Part shown: piece by piece, positions 39,131-52,644 of the stretch
How the letters are laid out: each line of letters starts with the position of its first letter
Numbering within the stretch: position 1 is the first letter of the stretch
Assembly (NCBI GenBank): GCA_013239625.1
Contig: MU053881.1
Coordinates: 2,914,001-2,978,000, forward strand
Length of the DNA: 64,000 bases
Direction: 5' to 3'
From: Lama guanicoe
Taxonomy: Eukaryota
Notes under the pieces: model-generated
What the model was told of the DNA's origin: nothing
Database searches by the model: none
What the model saw: the letters and a program-made list of their open reading frames with translations, nothing else
Position numbers and translations under genes: made by a program

Positions 39131-42100
39131 GCACCTGAAAAGCCCTGGAGGCCTGAGAGTTTGGGGTGTGCTCAGGGCACCGGGAGGGGTTGAGTGCAGA
39201 TGGTGAGGTGAGGCCAGGCTAGGGGAAATGAGGTTGGCATGGCCTCGAGGGCCCGAAGTCAGGGAGGCTTCCAAGCAGGGGGGTGTAGGGGGCAGATCTG
39301 CTTGTTACAGGGGCCCCTCCCAGGCAGGACAGAGCGGGACAGAGGGGCGCTGGGAGCGCAGTGAGGAGACTGGGGTGCCAACCCCGGCCAAAAGGGTGAG
39401 GCCTGACCCAGGAGAGAAGCCGGGGTGGGGAGGTGGGGTGGACCAGTGCCCCGGAAGGGAGGTCGGGCTCGTGGCGATGGATGGGGCTGGGTGGCAGGCT
39501 GGATGTAAAGGGTAGGAAGGTGTATGTCCAGAGCCTTCTGGCGCTGTCGCAGGGCTGAGGGAGGTGGGGGGAGGAGTGCAGAAGCTCCCCCCTCCCCAGC
39601 GCCCTGCGGCCCCTGTGCTTGTTAGCAAGGAGCACTCCTCCGAGGGGACATATGTGCTGTTATTTTTAGGTGATTAGCCACACGTCGTGGAGCGTTTGTT
39701 TGCCAGTCCTGGGTAAACAAAAACCATTTGTCAAAATGAGATGCTCTAGCCTCTCCTCCCCTCCGCAGGCCAGTTGCTGCTGTGAATTCCTGCTGCATCA
39801 GCGGCGAGGCTAATTATCTCCGTGGCTCCTGAGTAATAATGGCTGCATTCGCCGAGCGGGGTCTGCCTGCCAGGAGCCTGCAAAAGTGCACACCTTCAAG
39901 TCCCACAAAACTGACAGGTGCATCCTTATTGGTCCCGTTTTGGAGCTGAGGAAACTGAGGCTGGGCGTCTGCCCTCCCCAACGCCGGGAGCGGGACTCAG
40001 CAAGACCACCGGCCCCCCTGGAGCAGCTTAGGTCATCGGACTGACAAGCCTTGTCGGAGGCCCAGTCTGGCCGCTGCGAATTCCACGAAGGGGCCTGCTC
40101 TGTGTCTCCCCTTCCACACGTGCTGAGTTTTTGGGTTCCCGGTCGAGGAGGCCTGATGCTCCAGAGAAAGGAGCTTTGAGCTGGGCGGCAGTCCTGCAGC
40201 TGGTGTCTGCCACTCGGGCTCAGGGGACGACTCTGGGCTGGTGTCCGCGAAGCAGCATGAAGGGGGGTGACTAGGGAATGCTGGAGATCAACATCTGTGG
40301 AAGGGAAGGAACAGACACGGGACGGGCGAAAAGGATGCTGATCTGTGATGCCGTCTCGATGGAAGCGTAAACTCGGCTGGCCCTGCAGGGAGTTCTGAGG
40401 ACAGGATGGCCCTTCAGGGGTCCCGAGTTGAGGCAAAAGGGCTGGGCCTTTTCACCCTATGTCTCACAATTGGTCATTGCATGTAGGCACCAGCCGCCCT
40501 CACGGGAACGGAGTGGGAGTGGCTGACAACCATCTGTCAGGGGCCGCCCAGCAGGTGCGGTGGTAAGTCCTCTATCCCCGCAGAAAGCCCTGGGAGGTGC
40601 TGCACAGAACCTGCCGCAGTCCAGCCCCTGGACCGCCTCTGGGAGACGCTCCCCTGGAGGGAGTTCGAAGGGGAAGGCTGGTAGATGAACTACAGCTCCC
40701 TTGCTGAAGCTCTTGTGGTCTCGGGGCTGCAACCGACACTCCTCAGCCCCCTCCCCCACCACCCTCACTCTCGGGTGTCATCTCTGCAGGGACGGAGACC
40801 CTGGTCCCCACACCCTTTTCAGAGCAGGGTGGCTGCACTTGACAACTGACCATCGAAACGGGCAAGGAAGCACCGAGAGGTGCCCAAGGGGATCACCTAG
40901 GTGTCACCATGTTCTTCCTTGTCCCCAAGTGTGACCTCCTTCTGATGACCGGGGTCAATTGCTCTGGCTAAGCTGGTGACTCCTCTTCTTGCTCTCTGGT
41001 CCCCCTGACACAAGGAGACCAAAGCTCCAAGGAGGCAGCTGTCACTTATAGTTTAAGGGACTCCTGCCGAGTCCACAGGCAGCAGTGTCCTTCCTATGGA
41101 AACAAGGGTGTTTAAACCCACAGAACCCAGAGCTGAGGGATGGGGAGGGCAAATTCTCTAAGTGGGTCCCTGGGGGTGATGGCCGCCACCCCTTGGTTCT
41201 TAGACCCATGCATCCTCCCTGCTGGGGCTCAGTACCGTACAAGGCATTTGATTTCAAGTGATGCTGCACCCTTTAGAATGGTGCCAAAACCTGGTGAATT
41301 CTCTGAGTTGGCTATTCAGCTGTGTCTTAGCTCCACCCCATCATGCTGCTCCACGTGGCCACAGGTTTTGGGTTGTGGGGTGTGTGAAGTTACCAGCAGA
41401 GCCCATGCCTGTGGGCCGGCCCACTCCCACACCCCTCCCCGGGTTATTACTGTAAGATGGGTTGTGTGGTGTGATGGGCTGTTAGGTGGGATCACGTGTC
41501 ACTGGATCAAACCCTTCATAAACCCTTGGGGAGAGAGCCCGTGGGCAGGAAAGGCAAGTCTCTGTCTGGAAACATGTCTCTATTTCCGGTCTTTCCAGGG
41601 TGGAGGGGTCCAATGTAGTCATCTGCCATGTACCAACCCAAACCAATCTAAGGTTTTCTCCTCCTCTTCAGCTGGTGGTGCAGGATCCCTGAAGTGGCCG
41701 TTCGAGCTGAGGGTGCTGATGCGATAGTGATGGGCCTCGGGGGTCTTCTCCCTGCTGTGCAGCTTTCTGGTGAGCTCAGGTCCTGCTCTGTTCACTTTAG
41801 GATGAGTGATGACTTTCTGACTCGGTGGGGCTGACAGACCCAGCTCACAACGTGCAGTTCTGGGTGCATGATCGCTCCACACCCCGTAATTAGGCCCTCT
41901 GCTTTCTGAGAGCTCACCATGACCTGTTTTTCAAGAGGTGTGTAATGCTCTCTCCCAACGAGGGTCCTGACCGTGGGGGAGCAGACCTGCCTTGGCTGGA
42001 GTTGAGCCTTCTTCAGAGCCTGGGATGAGTCTTCACTTTTCCTGCCCTTTGTTACCTTTTTCCAGATCAACTGGGTTTAACAATATCCAACCAACTGGAT

Positions 42101-42288
42101 TGTCCTTATAGTTACTGTTTCTACCCTATTTCTCAAATGTAGCTTCCCCAGGCTGCCGTCCTAATTTATCACCCACGCCAGGGGCTATCTGTGAGAGGGG
42201 CCCCAATGCCGTCTGGGCAGCAGGTGGTTCAGCTCAAAACTCTCATCCCAGTGTCTGTTTCCTTGACCCGCTTTTGGTACTGACTGGA

Positions 42289-42698
42289 TGTAACAGGTTG
42301 GGCTCTCGAAAAGCAGACTCTGTAACAGAATTCAGTGCGTAGGATGTTTATTAAGAATTATTCTTAGAATCAACACCTGCAGAAGGGAAGGGAAAGAAGC
42401 AGTATTGGGCAGAGAGAGAAGTCAAATTATCATACACTGCCAGTCGCAGCCTCAGCTGACCCCAGGTTGAGTTCTGTAGGTGGCATGTCCTGAGCTGGGG
42501 CAAAAGGTTCTGGCCTTTATGCTCCTGTGTTGATCGGTCACTGGATGTTGGAACCTTGGGGGAGATGGCCCTCTTCTAAGGCAGTCTCTGAAGGTGCTGA
42601 CCGATGAGGGCTGTCTGAGGGTGGACTTTCTGCAGCTGGGGTAATAGGTCCTTTATTCCTGAAGGGGCATCTGGGAGATGTATCACCATATCCACCCC
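42289..42698 (-). mobile_element. ERVL solo LTR (LTR16A-like)
   Basis: Minus strand begins ...GTGGATATGGTGATACATCTCCCAGATGCCCCTTCAGGA and ends AATAAACATCCTACGCAC...AGAGTCTGCTTTTCGAGAGCCCAACCTGTTACA. Confidence 0.75.
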
Positions 42699-42809
42699 AA
42701 CGAGTTCACTTCTTTATAAAATGGAGATGAAAAAGTCCTTAGCTAGTGTTTGGCTAATTGAAAAGGATTCTAGAAATGGTAGATATTACCTACTTTATAT
42801 GTGGTTATT

Positions 42810-43255
42810 TGATGATATTTACAAATGATAAAACTTCAACTCAAAATAACTGAAGTAATGGAAGAAATTTACTTGTTCACATAATTAGGAAGCTGGTATA
42901 GACTTCAGGAATGGTTGGATCCAGGAGCTCAAAAGGGTGTCATTGAGATGGGTCTCAATCTCTCTCTCTGCACTCACTCACCTGTCTCTCCATCTGTTGA
43001 GTCCTGATTTCCTCTGCATTAGCTTCAGTCTGAGGGAGTCTGCTCTTTTGCAGGTAAAGATGGCCCCCAGCAGCTCCAGGCTCACCAGCATTGGCAGCCA
43101 CCCTGCTTCGGTGATGAGTAGTTCTAGGGTAAATCACACAGCTGACACTCATTGGCCAGGCCTGAGTCATATACCCATCACTAGAGCTGGGAGGATGAGG
43201 TCAGCCCCTTTTGATGGGAAGGCGGGGAGAGGAGGCTTCCCAAAGGAAAACTGAC
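42810..43255 (-). mobile_element. Old MaLR LTR (MLT1K-like)
   Basis: GACTTCAGGAATGGTTGGATCCAGGAGCTCAA...CATTGGCCAGGCCTGAGTCA. Confidence 0.65.
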
Positions 43256-46200
43256 ATACCATGAGCAAAATACAGGGGAGATGCTGGTAAAAAAAATACC
43301 AAACACCAAAAACCTTTCAACCCCTCCCCCCGCAAAGAGGTATCCATGCCTTCTCCACCTGGGAAGACCTCTTCCATTCTATCCAGGGGATGAAGGGCAT
43401 CAGACAGCTCTTGCCTATGTGAGGTCACGTGCTAAGTTCAAGAGCATGACTCCCATGTCTACATGTGAAATGTGTGTGTGGCTGCCTGACCCACCGGACA
43501 TCGTTCAGGAATCAGGGACTGGGTCCAGGGACTGAGGCTGAATGTGGGTGGATTGAGAGGCCACCTCCAACTCCAATTTGTTTTTAAATCATCCTTTCTG
43601 CCAATCTTGCATCCATTCCATACACATTTTTTAACATCTGCTTTTCCCAGCCCCTGTGCTGAGCCCTGGTGGTGGTGGCTGGGGACCCTTCCCCAGTGAG
43701 GCGCCAAGGTGGCTGAGGACCCTGCCACACTGTGTTCGTGGGACAAGGCAGCACAGGGCTGGGTGGCTGGGGGGTGTGTCTGGCCCCCACCATGAGCAGC
43801 CCCTGAGCCTATCTGGCCCCTGGGTATGCTCTCCTGGGCTGGCATATATTTTAAAACATTTATTTCCATTACCATTACTGCATTATTTCATCAAACGTAC
43901 TATGAGACATTGCAAGGTATGCCTCCATTTTATGTACCATTAAGGAAAAAAGCTCACAAACTCTGATGTGCCAGCAATGGTAAGATGAACCCAACTTCAG
44001 TGGATTTCACATGTGAAAATATGTGCTGTGTTGATGAAACGCAGTAATTACCAACATTTAAAAATGGGGCTATTCCACAGTGAACCCCTATATTCTGCTT
44101 TCTTCTGAATAATTGCAAATTCCAGCAACACAGGGCTCACATCTCTGCATGGCAACAGTCAGCGGGAGATGAATGGGGCTTTCCTCTTTGGCTATTTAAC
44201 ATTTTTAATGTGTTTATTTTAAATAGATAATGCAACCTTAGAGTTCAGAAATCAAAACAATACAGAACAGAATAGAATGAAAAGTCTAAACTCCCACATG
44301 TGGCGCCATCCACTCTGTTCTCAACCCCTCACCACAAATAAACCTCCTGTATTCGATTCTTGTGTATCCTCCTGGTTTTGTTTACAGAATACGAACGAAT
44401 AAGAATAGGTATTCCTTTGACTCTCTTTCATTTATAATAGATTCTGCCCTTGCTCTGATCACTTAATGATGTATCTAGCACATACTTCCAAATCTGTAGA
44501 GAGACGCTGGCTGCCCAGAGGGGCCAGTTCTCTAATAACTGAAGTCTGCCTGACACCAGCTTTCCTTTTTATAAACCCATCGGGCCCCTGGGCCTCCTCA
44601 GTCTGTCCTGGGGACACTTAGTGAGTGGCAGGGCCAAGCAGGCTAGGGGAGGGGGAGCAGAGGGAGGAAGATGGCTAGGTAAATAGGAGGAGGTATTTGC
44701 AAGTTTTTCTTGGCAGTCAGCAAGTGCGTGGATGCTTCTGTCTGGTGTAAAGGTTCTCTGGTGAGTGGATAGAGATGCAGGGATGAACAAGGTCCAAGGA
44801 GTTCAGAGTCTTGTTGAGGGGTGGGGAGGGGAGAACAAAATGAAGCAAAATGGACCAGTATAAGACTAGAGTGGAGGATATGATCTTGAGTAAGTTAATT
44901 AAACTCTTTGAGTTTCTGATGTCTTGTCTGCAAAATAGAGATATTTTAGTCCCCATCTTTTAGGGTTATTGTGCAAGTTAAATGTAGCAGCATAATGCCT
45001 GGCATGTAGTAAGCACCCAAAACATATTATCTCTGTAGGGGCAGAATAGAGAGAATAAGAATGCTTGGAGGTGACACTGAGTGGGGTTTTGATGGCTAAG
45101 TAGGAGTTCAGAAGATGGAGAAGTAGAAGTACACTCTAATAAAGGAAATAGTATGTGATCTCCTGGCTTGCCTTCAGGCATTAACTCCATTTCAAAAAGG
45201 ATGTAACTGAATCTCATACAGAAGATGTGGCCTGTCCAGGGTTAAGCATGCAGGAATACAGAGCTGTGACCCACACCCCATTCTGTCTGACTCTGAACCT
45301 GATGGCCAATGCTCACTTCAAAATGTGTGTGCTGTCACTCTCCAGACTCACTCATGTTGCAACTCAGAGTTTTTAAGTTTCATTGTTGTGGAATGTGGGG
45401 CAGCCTTGCCCTCTGAAGGAGGGGAGAGCTCCAGGTGCTCAAAGACTCAAACCAGTGTCTCTCGCCATGGCTCAGCTCCACACTCCTCTGTGTGAGCTGC
45501 TCTCTCAGGTGGGTGTTAAAATGTGTTTAAGTGGCTGCTGGCAGCTCAAGGCCCTTATTGGGCCAGCTCAGCTGAAGAGAGATGGAGCCTCTTTCCCAGT
45601 GGTTCCAGGAAAATTCCCAGGTAGGGTTCTTACTGGTCAGACAGGGGTCAAGGCCATTGCCAAGCCAATCATGGTGCCTGAGGAATGTGGTCCACTCACT
45701 GGTCACACCTGAGTCACATGACCATCCCTGTACCAATCAAGTGGCTAGAAGGATGTGGCCCTATCATAGGTCAGACCTGGTCACATGGCCACTCTGGAAC
45801 CAATCAAATGGCTAGGGGGTGTGGCCTAGGTCACAGAGCAGACCTAGGTCACCTGATCACACCCGGAGCCAGGGTGTCCAGAACTATAGGAGCTGAGAGT
45901 GCGCGAAAGGAGTTTCCCCAAAGAGGAAGAAGGGGAGATGACTGGCTGGCAAACTTAGGGGTATTTCTCACAGAACCCCAAAGGAGCCCACAGACTGGTC
46001 TATGGGGACAGACCTGTCCATTGGTCTCCTGTGACCCAAGGCTAAGGGAAGTCGGGTGGTCAGGAAGTCCTCAAGCAGTCCTCCAGGGAAGGTCCTCTGG
46101 CCCCAGACAGCAACACACATGGGGTACCATGGCCCCTGACGGTAGAGGCGCTGTGCTAGTGTACTGGCATGGTCATGGTCAGCCTCGTGGATGGGCTGGG

Positions 46201-47639
46201 TAGCATCTTGTTTCCTCCCCACACTGTCCGGATTGCAGTCTGGAGTAAGGAGGTTTAAAGGAAGGATCTGGGCTTCCATGATCTATGGGCCCAACCATTG
46301 ACTCCACGTGACAGGGCCCTCCAGGGATTTGCAGTGATTAAGCAAGAGGAGGAAAAGGGTTTTACGAATTAGTACCAACCCCCAGAGGGACGGAACCAGT
46401 CTATGGGAAGCCAGAGAGGGGAGCCCAGTCCCCGTGGCATCCACTGACCCTTTGTACAGACAAACCTGTGTTTCCAGGGCAACAGCCACATCCTGATTGG
46501 ACACCTGACCTTGCCAAGGAGTGCAGTTTGAAACATTCTGGCATATAATTTATTGCGAACATTCTGTGCCCGAGGCTCTGTGTCAAGTGCTTTACATACA
46601 TGACCTCCTTTCATCCGCCCTGTGTGAGAGGGCATCATTATCCTGTATTTTACGTGCGAGAGAGCCAAGGCTCCAAGAAGCTGGGAAACTTCTTCCAAGT
46701 TCACACACTAGGAGGTAGAAACATCCGTTTAACGCCCAAGCCTTGGCTTTTCTAAGCTGGAACGAACCCATTTGGTGCTGGGGGCCGGAGACCCATGTGC
46801 AGCCGATGCCCCCCCAGAAAGATGGCAGTGGGCAGTGATGCCCGTCTCCTGCAGGCACTCAGCAAACATCCTGAGGCCACTCAAATATGAGGCACGGGCA
46901 AGGACTTTCTGGCCTCAGACAGTTTTCTCATCTGGCGGCCTTTCCTAGAGCCTGGAGTTTTGTTTGTCATCCAAAGCCTGGCAATTTGGGACCCAGAGGG
47001 AGGCCCCCAGTCCTGTGGGCTTCAGTGGGGAGAGTGGGAGGTCTTGGAAAGGGACAGGAGGGTTGGGGAGTAGGTGGGGATGGGCCGGGCTTAGAGCCCC
47101 AGGCCTGGGAAGAGGCAGGAGACAGGAGGCAGCTTCATTAGTCTGTCCCCAGGGTACTTGGCAGCCAGTTATTAAATGCTCCCTAGGATGGTGAGCTTGG
47201 TAGGGGGAGGGAAGAAGACAATTGTGGGAGTTGTGGAAGGTGGTGTGGGGTTGGCTCTGCCTCTGTACTAGGGAACCCCTTCTCATAATATGAGGGGAAG
47301 GCTGAGGTTGGGGGTTCTCTAGGCTTTAAACCGGTCACCATGGTATCAGCACTTCCTTGGCAGCATGGAGGTGTCCTGGGCATCCTCGGATGCAGGCATG
47401 GAGATGTATCAATTCCAGAGCTGGTCCCTAGGCTCCTCCAAGGTGAACCGCCATCCCAGGGTCTCCTTGTCTGCCATGGTGGCTGGGCTGGAGGCTGTGG
47501 TGTCCGTTGGACTCTCAGTCCCTGTCCTGTTTGTCTCGAAGTGTCCTGCCAATTCTGTTTATAGTCTTGAGGCATCTTCCTGCTCGCATATTGTAGAGAA
47601 ATCTGTTAAGTGACTGAGTTGCTCAGGCCCCTCCGCTTC

Positions 47640-48450
47640 TCCCTTCCCACCAGCTCCTTGGGCTGTCAGCTTGTGGGGCCTTGGAGCTCGCCTGTGATGA
47701 CTCAAACCCCTCCCTCCAGCTCAGATTCTCTGCTGAGCAGCTGCCTCCTGGACGTCTCCTGCGGCTGCTTCCAGGTTCCACAGATCACTTGTGCTCATTA
47801 CTCCCCTCAAGCCTGCTCCCCTCCCCACAGCTGTGACTTATTTCACACATCTTTCCTTCTTTCCTAAAGTCTCCACTTTGGTCTCTGAGCCACTGGTTGA
47901 CCCACCTTACTAAGCATCCACATCTCTCTCCTGCTTAAAATTCTCAATGGCTCCCCATGCCTGTGGGTGAAGTCTGTACTCATCCAGGCATTCTGGGCTC
48001 TGCATGGCCTGGCCCTACTGCAGCCTCTGCTTCCATGCCATCCCCATCCCCAACCTTTTGCATGCTCGGTTCCTACAGTGTGCCATATTCCCTCACACTC
48101 TGAGCCTTTGTTCATGCTGTTCCATCTCCCAAGAATGCCTTTCCCTGCTTTTGGTTGTTAGCTCAGCTTTTGACTCCTCCAGGAAATGCTCCCTGAACAT
48201 GTCCCTTCTCCCTTCCTTTGGCAGGTTTAGGTGCCTCTACTGTGGCTCTCATATCACCTCCTGCAGTTCTGCATCACGGCACTTAGCACTGTCCATCAGA
48301 GTCCACTACAGATCTGTCCCCTGCCCTCAGCTGGCTGTGGGAGCCTGGAAGGCTGGGGTCACATGTCTGGCTGGTCTTGCTGTTCCCAGCATCCAGCTTA
48401 GAGTCAGGCATATAGTTAAATGCTCAACCAGGGCTGCAGGAAGAAATGAA
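47640..48450 (+). mobile_element. L2 fragment
   Basis: CCTGCTTAAAATTCTCAATGGCTCCCCA...TGACTCCTCCAGGAA...GTTAAATGCTCAA. Confidence 0.7.
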
Positions 48451-48491
48451 ACGACCAGTTTCTCTAATGCAATGTCAGAGTCCTTTGATGT

Positions 48492-50072
48492 GAATGTTTA
48501 GTTTCCTCTCACTGTTGTAACAAATCACCCCAAACTTAGTGGCTTAAACAACAAACATTTATTCTCCTATAGTTCTGGAGATCAGAAGTCCAATGAGAGG
48601 ACAACCTACGGAATGGGAGAAAATCTTTGCAAATGAAACCAACAAAGTCTTAATCTCCAGAATATATAAGCAGCTCATACGACTTAATAAGAAACAACCA
48701 AACAACCCAATCCAAAGATGGGCAGAAGACCTAAACAAGCAATTCTCCAAGGAAGACATACAAATTATCAATAAGCACATGAAAAAATGCTCAATATCAC
48801 TAATTATCAGAGAAATGCAAATCAAAACTACAATGAGGTATCACCTCACACCAGTCAGAATGGCCATCATTCAAAATTCCACAAATGATAAATGCTGGAG
48901 AGGATGTGGAGAAAGGGGAACCCTCCTACACTGCTTGTGGGAATGCAGTTTGGTGCAGCCACTGTGGAAAACAGTGTGGAGATTCCTCAAAAGACTAGGA
49001 ATAGACTTACCTTATGACCCGGGAATCCCGCTCCTGGGCCTATATCCAGAAGGAACCCTACTTCAGGATGACAGCTGCACCCCAATGTTCATAGCAGCAC
49101 TATTTACAATAGCTAAGATGTGGAAACAGCGTAAATGTCCATCAATGGATGACTGGATAAAGAAGAAGTGGTATAGTCATACAATGGAATACTATTCAGC
49201 CATAAAAACTGACAACATAACGCCATTTGCAGCAACATGGATGCTCCTGGAGAATGTCATTCTAAGTGAAGTAAGCCAGAAAGAGAAAGAAAAATACCAT
49301 ATGAGATTGCTCATATGTGGAATCTAAAAAACAAAAACAAAAAAACCAAAGCATAAATACAAAACAGAAATAGACTCATAGACATAGAATACAAACTTGT
49401 GGTTGCCAAGGGGGCAGGGGGTGGGAAGGGATAGATGGGATTTTAAAATTATAGAATAGATAAACAAGATTATACTGTATAGCACAGGGAAATATACACA
49501 AGATCTTATGGTAGCTCACAGAGAAAAAATGTGACAATGAATATATATATGTTCATGTATAACTGAAAAATTGTGCTCTATACTGGAATCTGACACAACA
49601 TTGTAAAATGATTATAAATCAATAAAAAATGTTAAAAAAAAAAGAAGTCCAATGAGGCTCAGACTCACTGGGCTAACATCAAAGTGTGGACAGGACAAGC
49701 TGCCTTCCTGAGGCTCTAGGGGAGAATCCATTTCTTTGCCTTTTCCAGCTTCTGGGACCTTTTCCACTCTCCTTGGCTTATGGGTACTTTCTCCATCTTC
49801 AAAGCCAGGAACGTTGGGCTAAGTCTTTCTCATGCCGCCATCTCTCTGGTTCTCCCCTTCTGCTTTCCTCTTCTCTAAAGACCCTGGTGATTACACTGAG
49901 CCCAGCTGGATAATCTGGGATAATCTCTCATTTTAAGATCAGGTGATTAGCAAGCTTAATTTCATCTGCAGGCTTAATTCTTCTTCGCTGTATAAAGTAA
50001 AAACACATTCACAGGTTTTAGAGGTTAGGACACAGACATCTTTGTGGAGGGACATTGTTCTGCCCATCGCAG
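48492..50072 (-). mobile_element. MaLR solo LTR (MLT1D-like) split by a young L1
   Basis: TGTAACAAATCACCCCAAACTTAGTGGCTTAAACAAC before the insert and GAGGCTCTAGGGGAGAATCCATTTC...ACATTCACAGGTT after it. Confidence 0.85.
48598..49642 (+). mobile_element. Young 5'-truncated L1 with uninterrupted ORF2 C-terminal frame
   Basis: ORF 48593-49327 (244 aa) is the L1 ORF2p C-terminus ([11 protein letters not shown]...[18 protein letters not shown]...LSEVSQ). AATAAA and A-tail present. 14-bp TSD AGAAGTCCAATGAG at 48584-48597 and 49643-49656. Confidence 0.97.
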
Positions 50073-50231
50073 TGTGGAGGAAGCTGGAGGAACTACCACG
50101 TGCATTTAGGGACACGCTCTTTGAAACTCTAAGCGTGGGGGAGGCCGAGAGCCGAAGGTGAGTGGGAATCAGAGAGCAGGTGATTTGAAGCAGGTAGGAG
50201 AGCTTCTGGGAGAGCCAGAAGGGGACTCTTG

Positions 50232-50700
50232 TCTGTAGTGGTCAGGCTTGCAAGTGACAGAAAACCAACCCAAACCAGCTTAAGCACAAAGGGGATTTAT
50301 TGACTCATGAAGCTTTAAAAACTCACAGGGAGAAATTTCTCTAGGGACGACAGGGTCAAGGGTCAGAGGATTTCCCAGCAAATCCATTTCCGTTCATTTC
50401 TCAGATCTCCTCTCCACCCCAGGTTGGCTTAGTCCTCAACTCTTATGAGATGACAACATGGCAGTAGCCACTCCTGTCCTGTAGTCCCCAAGTTCAAGTG
50501 CACCAGAGCAGCTGCCGGGTCTCAGCAAGTCTCACTGCCTTGCCCTGCCCGGCCTCACCTGCGTGCTGAGTCTAGTCCCCAGCTGATCACAGGACCAGGG
50601 AATACTTGGCGCTGAGTGCAGTGGATTTCGCCCAGATCCTGGGTGGAGAACAGGGTAAGAATGGGTTCCCAAAGGAACTTCTGGGTGCTGTTTTACCAGA
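50232..50700 (-). mobile_element. Old MaLR LTR (MLT1K-like)
   Basis: TTGCAAGTGACAGAAAACCAACCCAAACCAGCTTAAGCACAAAGGGGATTTATTGACTCA. Confidence 0.7.
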
Positions 50701-51596
50701 AGGGTGACTCTCCCCATGCTCTCTTAGGAAGGCAGGACAGGGTAGCAGAGAGAGCACTGGACTAGAGGAGACCTGGGTCCCCATTCTGGCTCCCCTGCTG
50801 ACTCACGGTGTGACCATGAGCGAGTTACTTACTAACTTCTCTGGGCCTGCCTGTAAAACGAGGGGGTGAGGTGGGACGCTCTCTAAGGGACCTTCCAGCA
50901 TCAACAACCTTACCACTCGGGGACCTTTCCCATATGTTTAGTCCATCTGTTTTCTTGTGCCTCTACATACTTGTAGTAAGAATCCTCAGAAAACCCGGTG
51001 GCTTTTCTGTAGGGAAAGTTTCAGAGAGGAGAGCTAAGTCTGGGATCTGCAGCAGGGCTAGAGAGGCTTAACTTACCACATGTTGTGCTGGGTTCATGGG
51101 AGAATTTGGGGCTGTGTAAATGGCCAGGGACTACCAAGACTTAGGGCATGTCAGTCACGGGGGTTAGACCTCACCCTGTGCCTGGTGCCAGGGCTTAGCA
51201 TGTGGCCAGGGCTGGGATCAACGTGAGGCTGGGGTCACCTTGTGGCTGCGGTGAAGACTCAGTTTGGGTCCGGCTGAGGATCAGAAGCTGGTCAGCAGGA
51301 AACAGGGCAGATGCTATAAGCTGGTGTGTGGGTGACCCAGGTGTCATACAAAAGTGACTTCTTAAGCACTTATTCTCAGCTAATATGTTACGTGTTTTCC
51401 TTATTCTTTCGTTTCTCGTCTGCCTCCTTTGACTAGATTGTCGACTCCACGAGGGCAATGACTTTGCTCTTAGTGATATTTCCAGCTCCTAGAACAGTGC
51501 CTGGCACATTGTAGGGGCTCCATAAACAACCATCGAGTGACTAAGTGAATGTGGAGGTACGTGCATGCAGGTGAAGTCACTGCTGTGTGCATTAGG

Positions 51597-51772
51597 CTAG
51601 AGGGTGCCCAACTCTGCTGTGCATTAGAAACACCAGGAGAACTTAGAAGAACCTCAGCGCCCAGGTGTACCCCTTACCAATTGGATCAGAATGTCTGGAG
51701 GCCTGAGCCAGGCATCGGTGCTTTTTAAGGATCCCAGCTAGCTCCACTTTCTGCGAAGTCTGAGAGTCACTG
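51597..51772. mobile_element. MER5A-like hAT element
   Basis: GCATTAGAAACACC...ATCAGAATGTCTGGAGG...GCTTTTTAAG...GTCTGAGAGTCACTG. Confidence 0.65.
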
Positions 51773-52644
51773 TCTGCGTTGGACCACATGCAGCGCGGGT
51801 GTGTGTGTCAGGGAGTGGGGTGGGGCACAGGCTGCCTGGCCAGGAGACACAGAGCTGGCCCCAACACAGGCAGGAGTGGGGAGGGGGCCTGGAGATGAGC
51901 GGCAGTGAGGCTCGGGTCCTGGGTGGCAGGATGGAGACTTTTTGTCCTAGATCTCTATCACTTTCTCCGGACACCTGCCACGGAGGTGATTACTTTGCTA
52001 TCACAGAATGGATTTTGGCTGCGAGTCAAGAAGAGCTCTCACTTCCCAGCTAAACGATGGCAAATCAATTTGAAGTCTCGGCTGCAGCTACTGAATAGGG
52101 CTGGCAGCCAGGGCGCCTCGGGCTGTCAGAGCCACCTCAGGGATCAGCTAGGCCTTTGGGAGGAGGTGACAGGCAGGACCCAGGGGGCAGCCTTGGGGTC
52201 CAAGAGCCCAGTCTTCTCTTGGGGGGCAGGGGAAACCTAGATGGGGCTGCCTGCTGTCCAGATTTGAGAATGTCACCTCCATTTATTTATAGTAATAATA
52301 TTGATCATGTTAGCTGTCATTTACTGAGAGCTTGTTATGTGCTGGGCACAAAAAGATAATTATCTTTTTGTACGGAAGCCCTGAGAGGTGAAACAATGTG
52401 CTCAAGGTCAAATGGCTTCAATGTTACAAGCCAGGGTTGGAAACAGGACTGATGGGAAAAATCCAACTGTTTGCTCACGGTGCTTCCCTGTGTGTTGGTG
52501 TGCGTGTCTGGACGCTCAGGTTGAAAAGGCAGCGCCTAGCCCAGTGTTTTGCCATGGGAAGGTCCTTGGGAAGACCTTGCTGAGTGGATGGGTGTATGAA
52601 GCAGTGGTTTTGACTAGGAGAGGCAGGTGGGCTGAGGTACGCAT

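Noticed and set aside
39810..41727. Long ORFs of 208 aa (-) and 195 aa (+)
   Set aside because: No recognisable domain or exon structure; composition is typical of chance ORFs in GC-rich DNA.
48593..49327. 244-aa ORF as a host gene
   Set aside because: It is the C-terminus of L1 ORF2p in a 5'-truncated insertion with TSD and A-tail.
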